DNA of 58,913 nucleotides, filler included. It is 3 parts of 3 records of this genome, joined end to end, with 100 filler letters (N's around TTAATTAATTAA, not from the genome) between each part and the next. Parts side by side here need not be neighbours in the genome. Positions count along the whole stretch, not along the records: positions 1 to 9,005 come from SRR20825006_1889; positions 9,106 to 34,294 come from SRR20825006_1901; 1 more part is not named here. One strand, written 5' to 3'. Below, in pieces: positions 1-10,682 of this stretch (position 1 is the stretch's first letter; each line of letters begins with the position of its first letter). The translations under genes and the position numbers were made by a program. The notes beneath the pieces are model-generated. The model worked only from the letters and a program-made list of their open reading frames with translations, did no database searches and was not told the origin of the DNA.

Positions 1-94
1 CTGGATGGAATCAGACGACTCCAACCTCTCGGCAAAATGGCGCGGCGGCTTTTTCGCTCGGCGATACGATCGTATCGCCAGAATAGATAAAGAT

Positions 95-1807
<1,713 letters not shown>

Positions 1808-1834
1808 CTGTGATTTACAAAAACCGCGAGAAGC

Positions 1835-2359
1835 TCACTCGTCTGCCTCGATCGTCACGAGCAGCGCGCCGACCTCGACCGCCTGGCCGACCTCGACGGC
1901 GACCGTGCCGATCGTACCGGAGATATGCGCCTTGAGGTCGTTCTCCATCTTCATCGCCTCGACGATGAGGACGCACTCGCCCTCCTCGACGACGTCTCCG
2001 GGAGCGACGTTGATGGCGACGACCTTGCCAGCCATCGGGCTCTCGAGCTCGGGGCCGCCCGCCCCTCGTCCGCCGACACCCGCCACGCGCATGCGCTTCT
2101 GGCGCTCGTTGAGCACGTCTATGACGTGGCGCTCTGCGGCGATCTCGACGACCACGCCATCATCATTGTGGCGGACGCCGACGTCGTGCGCCTCTCCGTT
2201 GTAGATAAGATGCATGCGCCCCGCCTCGGGCTCATATGCATCGACCACGAAGGACTCGCCAGCCGGCGAGGTCACCTTGTAGCTGCCATCCTCGAGCGTC
2301 TCGACGGCGTACTGACGCTCGTCCTCTCCATCGACCACGAAATAATTGCTGGCCATCAC
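1835..2359 (-). CDS. Biotin carboxyl carrier protein of an acyl-CoA carboxylase
   Basis: SPMAGKV and EAMKMEN biotinylation motif; lies between the biotin carboxylase and the mutase. Confidence 0.92.
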   Translation of the reverse strand: MMASNYFVVDGEDERQYAVETLEDGSYKVTSPAGESFVVDAYEPEAGRMHLIYNGEAHDVGVRHNDDGVVVEIAAERHVIDVLNERQKRMRVAGVGGRGAGGPELESPMAGKVVAINVAPGDVVEEGECVLIVEAMKMENDLKAHISGTIGTVAVEVGQAVEVGALLVTIEADE

Positions 2360-2421
2360 TCACACCTTCCTGTCCGTTACTGCTTTTTAGAAGCGATCCT
2401 GTCTCGCGCTGCGGGTGGTTT

Positions 2422-3945
2422 TCACCACTCGCGGCGCTGCTCCAACCTGGCGAGCGTCTTCCAGCGACTGCGCGAGCCTTGCTGCTGCGCGTTGGCGGGA
2501 CCTTGCCCACCGCCGCCAGCGATAAGCGCCTCGTCGCGGCGATGCGCGGCGATCACGGCGGCGATCTCTGCTGGCACGCCGAGCTTCGGCGCGGGCGTCT
2601 CGCGATCACGCATCAGGTTGGGGATAAACTCGGTGTCATAGGACCCATCGAGGAACTCGGGCGCGGTGAGCACCTCCTCGTGGAAGGCGATGTTGGTGGT
2701 GATGCCGCCGACGACATACTCGCTCAGAGCGCGGCGCATGCGGCCGATCGCGTGGTCGCGATCCTCGCCCCACACGGTCAACTTCGCGATCATCGGGTCG
2801 TAGTGCACGGGCACCGTGGCGCCAGAGTAGACGCCCGAATCCACGCGGACGCCAGGACCGGTCGGCTCGCGCAGGAAGGGGATGTGGCCAGGGCTTGGCA
2901 TGAAGTTGTTGTCGGGGTCCTCGGCGTAGATGCGGCACTCGATGGAGTGACCGCGACGCTCGATGTCCTCTTGCTTCAAGGTCAGCTCTTCACCGAGCGC
3001 GATCTTGATCTGCCAGCGCACGAGGTCGAGCCCCGTGATCATCTCCGTGATCGGGTGCTCGACCTGCAGGCGCGTGTTCATCTCGAGGAAGTAGAAGTTC
3101 TGATCGACATCGATCAGGAACTCGACAGTGCCCGCGCCGACGTAGTTGACCGCCTTGGCTGCCTTGACGGCGACCTCGCCCATCGCCTGACGCACATCCT
3201 CGCGGAGCACGGGACAGGGGGTCTCCTCGGTGATCTTCTGGTGACGGCGTTGCACCGAGCACTCGCGCTCGAAGACGTGCACGACGTTGCCGTGCGAGTC
3301 AGCCAGCACCTGGAACTCGACGTGCTTCGGGTTGACGACGTATTTCTCGATATACACATCGCCGTCGCCAAAGGCGCTCAGAGCTTCGCGGCGTGCGCCT
3401 TCGAAGGCGGCGACGAAGTCCTCGGCGCGATCGACGCGACGCATCCCCTTGCCGCCACCGCCAGCGGCGGCCTTGACGAGCACGGGGAAGCCAGCCTTTT
3501 TGGCGAACTCGAGCGCCTCGGCGGGGTCCTCGATCGCATCGGGCGTTCCCGGCACGAGGGGGACGCCCGCGTCGCGCATCAGATCCCTTGCGTGGGTCTT
3601 GGAGCCCATGGACGTGATGGCGTAAGGCTTTGGCCCGATAAAGACCACGCCCGCGTCCTCGCAGGCCTGAGCGAAGGCGGCGTTCTCCGAGAGGAAGCCG
3701 TATCCGGGGTGAATCGCCTGCGCGCCGCTCTGTTTGGCGACCTCGAGGATCTTCTCGATGCGCAGGTAGGACTCGGCGGATGCCGCCGGTCCCACGCAAT
3801 ATGCCTCGTCCGCGTAGCGCACGTGCAGCGCCTCACGATCCGCCTCAGAATAAACCGCCACGCTCTTGATGCCGAACTCGCGAAGCGAGCGCATCACGCG
3901 AACGGCGATCTCGCCGCGGTTTGCCACGAGCACCTTCTCGAACAT
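2422..3945 (-). CDS. accC: Biotin carboxylase subunit (acetyl/propionyl-CoA carboxylase)
   Basis: KVLVANRGEIAVR, HPGYGFLSEN, GGGGKGMR, RECSVQRRHQK, EMNTRLQVEHP. Confidence 0.93.
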   Translation of the reverse strand: MFEKVLVANRGEIAVRVMRSLREFGIKSVAVYSEADREALHVRYADEAYCVGPAASAESYLRIEKILEVAKQSGAQAIHPGYGFLSENAAFAQACEDAGVVFIGPKPYAITSMGSKTHARDLMRDAGVPLVPGTPDAIEDPAEALEFAKKAGFPVLVKAAAGGGGKGMRRVDRAEDFVAAFEGARREALSAFGDGDVYIEKYVVNPKHVEFQVLADSHGNVVHVFERECSVQRRHQKITEETPCPVLREDVRQAMGEVAVKAAKAVNYVGAGTVEFLIDVDQNFYFLEMNTRLQVEHPITEMITGLDLVRWQIKIALGEELTLKQEDIERRGHSIECRIYAEDPDNNFMPSPGHIPFLREPTGPGVRVDSGVYSGATVPVHYDPMIAKLTVWGEDRDHAIGRMRRALSEYVVGGITTNIAFHEEVLTAPEFLDGSYDTEFIPNLMRDRETPAPKLGVPAEIAAVIAAHRRDEALIAGGGGQGPANAQQQGSRSRWKTLARLEQRREW

Positions 3946-3999
3946 AAACCGACTCCAGGCCCAGGTTAGGGAGTGTTTGCAACCAAGTTGTCGGAAAGG

Positions 4000-4029
4000 G
4001 TTCTAGCAAACCTCGCGCGGGGGTGGCAA
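4000..4029 (-). promoter_or_regulatory. Possible sigma70 promoter for the carboxylase-mutase operon
   Basis: TTGCCA-N18-TAGAAC on the minus strand, about 55 nt upstream of the accC ATG. Confidence 0.3.
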
Positions 4030-4078
4030 GCCCCCTGTAACATGCGGTCATGGAGCCATTTTCATCTCGCACCTGAAC

Positions 4079-5080
4079 TCACCCGAAGTGCATCGCCGAG
4101 ACGTGCGCGTTCATGACCACATCGCGGTAGGGCGTGGTGCCAGGATCATCGCCCGCGGCGCCAGCGATCACCATCAACGGGAGCAGGTGCTCCTCGCGCG
4201 GGTGAGACGCTCTGGCGGCGGGAGCCTTCTCCCACTCGACGAGCAACGTCTCGCGCCTGGAGACCTCGTCATCGACGAGGGCGGCGAGCCACTCGTCGAA
4301 CGCCTTGGAGTCATCGAGGGTCTTCTGGGCGGAGACGCCGCGACCGAGCAAGGCGCGCAGGTTGTGGTAGCTCATCCCGCTGCCGATGATAAAGACGCCC
4401 TCATCGCGCAGCGGCTCGAGCGCGCGCCCGATCTTGATATGCGTGAGCGGATCGAGCCCCTTGACCAGCGAGAGCTGGAAGGTGGGGATTCCGGCGTCGG
4501 GGTAGGCGAGCTTGAGGGGCACGAAGGTCCCGTGGTCGAAGCCGCGGGTGTCGTTGGCGTCGGTGGTGATGCCGACCTTCTCGAGCAGCTCCTGCACACG
4601 ATGCGCGACCTCGGGGGCGCCGGGCGCGGGCCACTGGATCTCGTAGGTCTCCTTGGGAAAGTTGTAGTAATCGTAATACATGGGGGGATTTGGCGAGGTC
4701 ATCACCGTGGGGACCGCCTCCTCCCAGTGCGCCGAGACGATCAGCAAGGCGCGCGGGCGCTCTGGTGAGAAGATGCTAAGCCCCTCCATATACTCGCGCA
4801 TCTTGTCCCACATGCCGGGACGCCCGAAGAGCTCATCATCCATAAAGGGCCAGGGTCCTCCGCCATGGGGCAGGAAGACGACGGGCATGCGATCTTTCTT
4901 TTCTGTGGTTTGTCGGGGCATTTTCTCGGCCTCCTCTGGTGCGCCCTTGGAAAGCTGAGCGCTGTTGCGATCACAAGCGGAGAGCAACGCGCTCGTGGCG
5001 ACCACGCCCGCGCCGCGCAGGAAAGTGCGTCGGCGAAGGAGCGTGTCGTGGAGTGACTTGTCTTGGTTCTCTTGGCTCAT
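4079..5080 (-). CDS. Class III extradiol ring-cleavage dioxygenase (LigB/DODA/YgiD family) with Tat signal and lipobox
   Basis: PHGGGP, SAHWE, RGFDHG, GSGMSYHNL, HPREEHL. Start moved to ATG 5080, which has a GAGAGG RBS. N-terminus reads RRRTFLRGAGVVATSALLSAC. Confidence 0.88.
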   Translation of the reverse strand: MSQENQDKSLHDTLLRRRTFLRGAGVVATSALLSACDRNSAQLSKGAPEEAEKMPRQTTEKKDRMPVVFLPHGGGPWPFMDDELFGRPGMWDKMREYMEGLSIFSPERPRALLIVSAHWEEAVPTVMTSPNPPMYYDYYNFPKETYEIQWPAPGAPEVAHRVQELLEKVGITTDANDTRGFDHGTFVPLKLAYPDAGIPTFQLSLVKGLDPLTHIKIGRALEPLRDEGVFIIGSGMSYHNLRALLGRGVSAQKTLDDSKAFDEWLAALVDDEVSRRETLLVEWEKAPAARASHPREEHLLPLMVIAGAAGDDPGTTPYRDVVMNAHVSAMHFG

Positions 5081-5232
5081 TGGCCTCTCGGTCGAAAGCA
5101 GTTTACCTGGCCAGGTTTCCACCAAGTGGATGGTGAGCACCAAAGCGCTTCGATACAAGTCATGCGGGTGAGGAGGGTCTGTTTCCAGAGAGGAAACGGG
5201 GTGAGAACAGGGGGTGTTTCTTATCTGGAAAC

Positions 5233-5268
5233 AAAAAAGCCTGGGTGGCGCGAAGCGCCATCCAGGCT
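5233..5268 (-). terminator. Rho-independent terminator
   Basis: Minus strand AGCCTGGATGGCGC-TTC-GCGCCACCCAGGC-TTTTTT, just downstream of the 5313-5618 gene. Confidence 0.85.
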
Positions 5269-5312
5269 GTGGATCCGTGACGGTGTGCGGGAATCCCGCG
5301 ACATCACAGGGC

Positions 5313-5618
5313 TCAGTTTGTAATCGAGTCCTTGAGTGCGCGGATCTCGTCCATCAACGTCTCATCGAGTTGATCGGCGCTAAAAAGATCGAGCAAATAG
5401 CTCTCGAGAAGAGCGAGCCTTGCGCGAAGCTCCTTGTCCGCGCCGAGCGCGAACTTGAGCTCGTGAGTATCTTCCTCGGAAAGCCCGTGCAGCATACGCA
5501 GCACCTTCTCCTCCTCTGGGGTCAGCACACCCAAATCGTGTCCTTGACGCACCGTCTCCGTGGCGGTGGTCGTGGTGACAGACGTGGATGTCTGGCGCTT
5601 GTTGTCGTGACTGCTCAA
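5313..5618 (-). CDS. Small hypothetical protein with a sigma70 region 4.1-like segment
   Basis: TTG start with GGGAGG RBS and its own terminator. LTPEEEKVLRMLHGL resembles Rpo[16 protein letters not shown]. Confidence 0.7.
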   Translation of the reverse strand: MSSHDNKRQTSTSVTTTTATETVRQGHDLGVLTPEEEKVLRMLHGLSEEDTHELKFALGADKELRARLALLESYLLDLFSADQLDETLMDEIRALKDSITN

Positions 5619-5962
5619 GATAAGCCTCCCATCTCGCTCAGAAGCACCGTTTCAAGGTTTATGACCGGGTGCGATCACCGCCTTGTCTCATATACACGTA
5701 CGGAGAAGGCGGAGAAGACGATCTGTTCGAATCGCCGACGAACACTACTTTTCAGGACCGCATCATCTGGTCGAGCTACATATTGCTCCACCAGTGACGT
5801 CGGCCACAACATCGTCGGCTGATTTTGGTTATAGTGCCCCGGGTCCGGGCTGGCAAATTTTTCCGCCCGAAACTCGGAGTCTCTTTTGCGGTCGTGTCCC
5901 AGCACGTCCACTTCTACCGTATCATCGGCATGATCCTCGATCTCTGCGGCGAAAGTACCATA

Positions 5963-6601
5963 TCAGCGATCGTCTGGCGATCGTTTTCTCCACCACCCCC
6001 ACCCGATCCACGCCGCCATGATCACGAAGATCACCAGGAACGCCATCCTCGTATACCCTTCCACGAAGCCAACGATCCGATCTAAATTGTACCCAAAGGC
6101 CATACCTAATAGCAACAACCCCGCATTCCACAAGGTCGCCGAGAGCGCCGCGTAGAAGAGCACCTTTGGCGTCGACAACCTCGCCATCCCCGCAGCGAGG
6201 AAGAACACACCGCGGAATGCGGGGATAAAGCGGTTCAAGACGATATAGATCGCCCCATGGCGCTCGAACTTCTCTGTGACACGATCGATCTTTCGAGCGA
6301 TCTCCTCCTTCCTGAGCCAACGATGCAAGAACGTCTGGCGCTCACTCTTTAGCGACAGCCAACGCCCCACCATCAGATCGAAAAACGCGCCGATCACCGA
6401 TCCCAACACCAGCACCGACAACACCGCCCACAGCGGCCAGCCCGCCAGCGGGATAAGCATCGCGCCTGCAAGCGTCACCGTGTCACCTGGGAACGGGGGG
6501 AGCACATACTCGATCCCGGCGCTCGCCCCCAAAATAAGCAATCCCAGCCAGATGGGCAGCCCTGTCATCCACCCGATCGCCCTGTTGACCTCTGCGAGCA
6601 C
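5963..6601 (-). CDS. DedA family membrane protein
   Basis: IEYVLPPFPGDTV, FERHG..IVLNRFIPAFR..AG, hydrophobic helices. Confidence 0.9.
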   Translation of the reverse strand: MLAEVNRAIGWMTGLPIWLGLLILGASAGIEYVLPPFPGDTVTLAGAMLIPLAGWPLWAVLSVLVLGSVIGAFFDLMVGRWLSLKSERQTFLHRWLRKEEIARKIDRVTEKFERHGAIYIVLNRFIPAFRGVFFLAAGMARLSTPKVLFYAALSATLWNAGLLLLGMAFGYNLDRIVGFVEGYTRMAFLVIFVIMAAWIGWGWWRKRSPDDR

Positions 6602-6754
6602 GCCTTGCCTTTTTGCATTGGAAAATCATCGCGGTGTGACACGCCGCTGACTGCAAATGTTGGCGCGACACAGCGCCAGCGCAAGCGCGGGCGCGCTCGA
6701 TGCATCGAGCGCGCCCTCTTTATCACCGCCACACCATGGCTATGGGACACAGTT

Positions 6755-7417
6755 CTAGCTGAAGCAATCCGCCACGTGCGGGCTCTCGCCGCCGATATAC
6801 TCGAGCTGAAACCGAGTGAGACTACGCGCGACCTGCACCGCGCCGACCGCCGCGCCTATATAAATCAACGCCTCGATCCCATTGAGCATCGCGTAGAGAC
6901 CGAAGCCGACGACCTCCAATGCCTCCTCGCCGGTCGCGCGGCTGATCAGCCCCTGCCCGATCCAACACGCCCACCAGAGGTTGAGCCAGGTGTGATCTGC
7001 CGCCTCGCGCTCGGGCGCGACCTTCTCCCAGACCTCTTTCATGATCTGGTACGGCTTGACCAGGTTGAGGAAGGGGATGAAAAAGCTACCCGGAGCCCAC
7101 CCCGGCGAGCTCTCGATCGGGATCCCGAACACCTCGGGGAGGTTGGCGTAGGCTCGGTAAGCCCACATGCACCACGCGATCACGGCGACCAACAAGCACC
7201 CGAGGAGCCCGAGGCCCGACGCGACCATCGCCAACCCCAGCACCATCAAGATCGCTTCGTTGCCCGACTCCATAATGCCGGACGAAGAGACCACCGTGAG
7301 CATGTTGGTCGTGGCGTAACAAATCGCCGTGGCGATCACAGCGCCCATCGCGACCTTCGAGCGCAAATCGAGCGACTCCAAACGTGAATCGTGCACCTTC
7401 CCTCCTTTGTTCATCAC
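6755..7417 (-). CDS. DUF4328 family membrane protein
   Basis: W..RAYANL...SPGWAPGSFFIPFLNLVKPYQIMKEVW and LWWACW pattern, about 4 TM helices. Confidence 0.8.
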   Translation of the reverse strand: MMNKGGKVHDSRLESLDLRSKVAMGAVIATAICYATTNMLTVVSSSGIMESGNEAILMVLGLAMVASGLGLLGCLLVAVIAWCMWAYRAYANLPEVFGIPIESSPGWAPGSFFIPFLNLVKPYQIMKEVWEKVAPEREAADHTWLNLWWACWIGQGLISRATGEEALEVVGFGLYAMLNGIEALIYIGAAVGAVQVARSLTRFQLEYIGGESPHVADCFS

Positions 7418-7560
7418 AAGAGCTTCTTATCGAAGAATGCCACACCTTATCACCGCAACTAGACATCCTACCAGCCCGCATTTACTCAAGATTCGCTACA
7501 AGATATTCACAAACTCCTTCGTCGCGGCACTTGGCGGCGAGGAGATGCGTGGTTAGAACA

Positions 7561-8955
7561 ATGCGAGGTATGCGTTATCAACCACCATTGCAGGAGACCT
7601 CCTTGGACATCAACGCGATCATCGACGACCTGCTCACCCGCTATCACGAACACCTCGACACCCGCGCGATCCTGATCGCCGAGAACGCGATAAAGGATGC
7701 GCCAGCGCTCCTCTCGCAGCATCTGCCCGAGGGCAAGTGGCTCGTCGGCGTCGACGAGCACACCTGGGAAGCGGCCGGAAAAGACTTCACCGACGCGCTC
7801 ACACAGGCAGGGATCGCCTGGGAGCGCTATGACATCGCCGATCGCCCGGGGCACGGGCACCCCGTGTGCGACGACGTCTCGATCGCGGCGCTCTCCGAGC
7901 ACCTCGCGGCCGGTGACTACGCCGCCGCGGTGGCCGTCGGCAGCGGCACGATCAATGATATCGTCAAGTACGCCGCCACCGAGCAAGACCTGCTCGCCGC
8001 ATGCGTGGGCACCGCGCCGAGCATGAACGGATACACCTCCAAGATCGCCGCGATCCTCTCCGACGGCGTCAAGACCACCAACCCTTGCCAGGCGCCGGTT
8101 GTCGTGATCGCGGACCTTGATGTGATGGCGACCTCGCCAGCGCGCATGATCGCGAGCGGCCTGGGCGATCTGATCAGCAAGCCGGTCTCGAACGCCGACT
8201 GGCAGCTCTCCGCAGAGCTCAACGGGACCTTCCACTCGGCCGAAGCGATGGAGGTTATCGAGACAGGATCGGCGATGCTCGATGGCGTCGCGCCAAAACT
8301 CCAGAAAGGGGATCGCGACGCGATGGCGGGCTTGCTCGGCTCGCTCATGTTGAGCGGCCTGGCGATGAGCATCGCCGGCTCCTCGAGCCCTGCTTCCGGC
8401 GGCGAGCATTTGATCAGTCACTTTATCGACATGACGGCGCATGCCTTCGATGAGCCGTATGACTTCCACGGCTGCCAGGTTGGCGTGGGCACCCTGACCA
8501 CGGCGCACTTCTACGAGCAGCTCGCCAAGATGGACCCGGACTCCATCGATGTGGACGCGCGCATCGACGCGCTCTCCTCGTGGGAGGATTATGACGCGAT
8601 GCTCGCGGAGCGCTTTGGCAAGCTGCATGGCCCCGTCAGGAAGCACGCAGAGAAGGCCTACCCGACAAGCGAGGAGATGCGCGCGCGCCTCACGCTCCTC
8701 AAACAAAACTGGTCCACCATCCTCGAGCGCGTCCAGCGCACGCTTCGCACCAAGGACAGCATCGAGGAGGAGCTTCGCCAAGCCGATGCCCCCGTGCGCT
8801 TCGTGGACCTGAACGTCGCGCGCGATCGCGCACGCCGCGCCATCGCGCACTCCAAGGATATCCGCAATCGCTACACGATCCTCCACCTGGCGTGGGAGCT
8901 CGGCACCCTCGACACATGGACCGATCAGGCGCTGGAGTTGCTCTACGACGCGTGA
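7561..8955 (+). CDS. sn-glycerol-1-phosphate dehydrogenase (EgsA/AraM family)
   Basis: GSGTINDIVKY, TAPSMNGYTS, SGLGDLISK, SSPASGGEHLISH, HGCQVGVG, RNRYTIL. Start is ATG 7561 or 7570. Confidence 0.85.
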   Translation: MRGMRYQPPLQETSLDINAIIDDLLTRYHEHLDTRAILIAENAIKDAPALLSQHLPEGKWLVGVDEHTWEAAGKDFTDALTQAGIAWERYDIADRPGHGHPVCDDVSIAALSEHLAAGDYAAAVAVGSGTINDIVKYAATEQDLLAACVGTAPSMNGYTSKIAAILSDGVKTTNPCQAPVVVIADLDVMATSPARMIASGLGDLISKPVSNADWQLSAELNGTFHSAEAMEVIETGSAMLDGVAPKLQKGDRDAMAGLLGSLMLSGLAMSIAGSSSPASGGEHLISHFIDMTAHAFDEPYDFHGCQVGVGTLTTAHFYEQLAKMDPDSIDVDARIDALSSWEDYDAMLAERFGKLHGPVRKHAEKAYPTSEEMRARLTLLKQNWSTILERVQRTLRTKDSIEEELRQADAPVRFVDLNVARDRARRAIAHSKDIRNRYTILHLAWELGTLDTWTDQALELLYDA

Positions 8956-9005
8956 CGCGTTGGCGTGAACTCGATGAAAAGCAAAGAGGCGGTGATTTCT
9001 CTCGA

Positions 9006-9105
9006 NNNNNNNNNNNNNNNNNNNNNNNNNNNNNNNNNNNNNNNNNNNNTTAATTAATTAANNNNNNNNNNNNNNNNNNNNNNNNNNNNNNNNNNNNNNN
9101 NNNNN
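9006..9105. other. Artificial contig spacer (N44-TTAATTAATTAA-N44)
   Basis: N runs flank a linker with stops in all six frames; gene content and codon style change across it. Confidence 0.98.
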
Positions 9106-9107
9106 TC

Positions 9108-9296
9108 AGGCGGACTTGTCCAATATGCGGGGCGCTGATCGTAAGCGTGGGCATGCCCAGAGGAGGGTGGGTCCATTTTGAGGGCGGCAAAGGCCTGACA
9201 CGTATTAAACATCCGTGCCTGCATCTTGGTGAAGGCCTGAGCAGGCGGCGCGACGAAGACACGCCAGACCTTTTTGAGGCGAGGCTGCCATTTTGA
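9108..9296 (+). CDS. Partial (5'-truncated) hypothetical protein with CxxC...HxC putative Zn site
   Basis: Not in the ORF track. Manual translation: RRTCPICGALIVSVGMPRGGWVHFEGGKGLTRIKHPCLHLGEGLSRRRDEDTPDLFEARLPF*. Confidence 0.6.
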   Translation, partial: RRTCPICGALIVSVGMPRGGWVHFEGGKGLTRIKHPCLHLGEGLSRRRDEDTPDLFEARLPF

Positions 9297-9382
9297 AATG
9301 TCACTGATGAAGCTTGCGAAAAGTTGGCTCCAATCCCACATCTAGTATCTAGAAGCAAACCAAACACCATATGGAGGATAGT

Positions 9383-9631
9383 ATGGCGGTAAATCGTAAA
9401 GGAACTTCGACCAAGGTTGCCTCGCTTGCAGCAGACACCCTTTTCAAACCTGGCTCTTCACAGATCGCCCGCAAGCTTGCTGGTTCGGCGTTGTCTCAGT
9501 CAAAGACCAATCGGCAAACCGGAGCGGAAATGGAGGACCTCGCGTCAAAGGTACTTCGCAGCGATCGCTATTCTGAAAAGACAAAGACACTTGCCGCTTC
9601 GGTGTTGTCCCAGTCGAACAAGAAGCGCTGA
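9383..9631 (+). CDS. Small basic protein made of two tandem helical repeats
   Basis: GGAGGA RBS before ATG 9383. Repeats: TSTKVASLAADTL...ARKLAGSALSQS and TGAEMEDLASKVL...TKTLAASVLSQS. Confidence 0.8.
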   Translation: MAVNRKGTSTKVASLAADTLFKPGSSQIARKLAGSALSQSKTNRQTGAEMEDLASKVLRSDRYSEKTKTLAASVLSQSNKKR

Positions 9632-9740
9632 CTGTAGACAGTATAACAGTGGTTTCGGGCTCAAGCGCTACAGGCCGTGTCTCACGTAGGTAGCGCTTTG
9701 GGTAAATCATGAACAAACATTAAACATTTGAGTTGAGCAG

Positions 9741-10682
9741 ATGCGGGCATTCATTTCTTATTCCCATAACGACAAGGCCGCGCTTGATCGGCTGCACGTC
9801 CACCTCAAGAACCTTACAAGGGAAGGGCGTATTGAGACCTGGTATGATCGCAACATCTTGGCTGGTGGCGAACTGGACGCTGAGATTGAACGGGAACTGG
9901 AGGCTTCCGACCTGTTCCTGCTCCTGGTGAGCCCCGACTTCATCGCATCCGACTACTGTGTCGAGCGCGAAATGAGACGCGCGCTTGAACGCCACGCCGC
10001 AGGGACCGCCCGTGTAGTGCCGATCATCGTGGAGGAATGCGATTGGAAAGCGATGAGGGAGTTGCGCCAACTGAAGGCCGCGCCGACTGACGGCAAGGCG
10101 ATCAGCGCATGGGCCAATCCAAACACCGCTTACCTAAATGTCGTGCAGGAGCTTCGACGCATCATCGAAGCTGAAGCTGTACCTGCAGCTGCGGCGGAGG
10201 TAGCCCATGAGCCGTCGGCCACACGCCCCTCGATGGCACGCTACCGAGCAAAGCGGCAGTTCGACCAAATCGACAAGGGTGATTTCCGCGATGCTGCCTT
10301 CGCCACCTTCAAGGATTACTTCCGACGAGCGATCATCGAAATGGACTCAATCGATGGATTGCGCGGACGTTTCGTTGACAGAAGTGCGACCTCTTTTGGG
10401 GCAACGGTTGTCAACAGCGGCCATCGAAATGGTACGGCCCACATCTCGGTGCACTGCCGTAGCTCGCAGGTCGCCCTGGGCGATATTTACTACTCGTTCA
10501 GCGAAAACGCCGGTGACAACACAGCAAACGGCGGTTTCAACATTTCGGCCGATGATTACGAGCAATTCCTGATTCAAACCATGAACGTCTTCGGTAGAAC
10601 TGATGAACGACTGACTCCAGAGCGAGCGGCTGAGGTGCTCTGGAATGAGTTCATTGGTAACGCAGGTATCAGCTATGACTGA
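9741..10682 (+). CDS. TIR domain protein (N-terminal TIR plus uncharacterised C-terminal domain)
   Basis: AFISYSHND, WYDRNILAG, LLVSPDFIASDYCVEREM (catalytic Glu region), VVPIIV. Confidence 0.92.
   Translation: MRAFISYSHNDKAALDRLHVHLKNLTREGRIETWYDRNILAGGELDAEIERELEASDLFLLLVSPDFIASDYCVEREMRRALERHAAGTARVVPIIVEECDWKAMRELRQLKAAPTDGKAISAWANPNTAYLNVVQELRRIIEAEAVPAAAAEVAHEPSATRPSMARYRAKRQFDQIDKGDFRDAAFATFKDYFRRAIIEMDSIDGLRGRFVDRSATSFGATVVNSGHRNGTAHISVHCRSSQVALGDIYYSFSENAGDNTANGGFNISADDYEQFLIQTMNVFGRTDERLTPERAAEVLWNEFIGNAGISYD

Noticed and set aside
9050-9061. TTAATTAATTAA repeated at 34339-34350 as a possible att site or direct repeat
   Set aside because: Embedded in N runs; an artificial linker
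9631-9650. E. coli-type SOS box CTGT...ACAG
   Set aside because: Spacer is 10 nt rather than 8, and it is the wrong motif for an alphaproteobacterium
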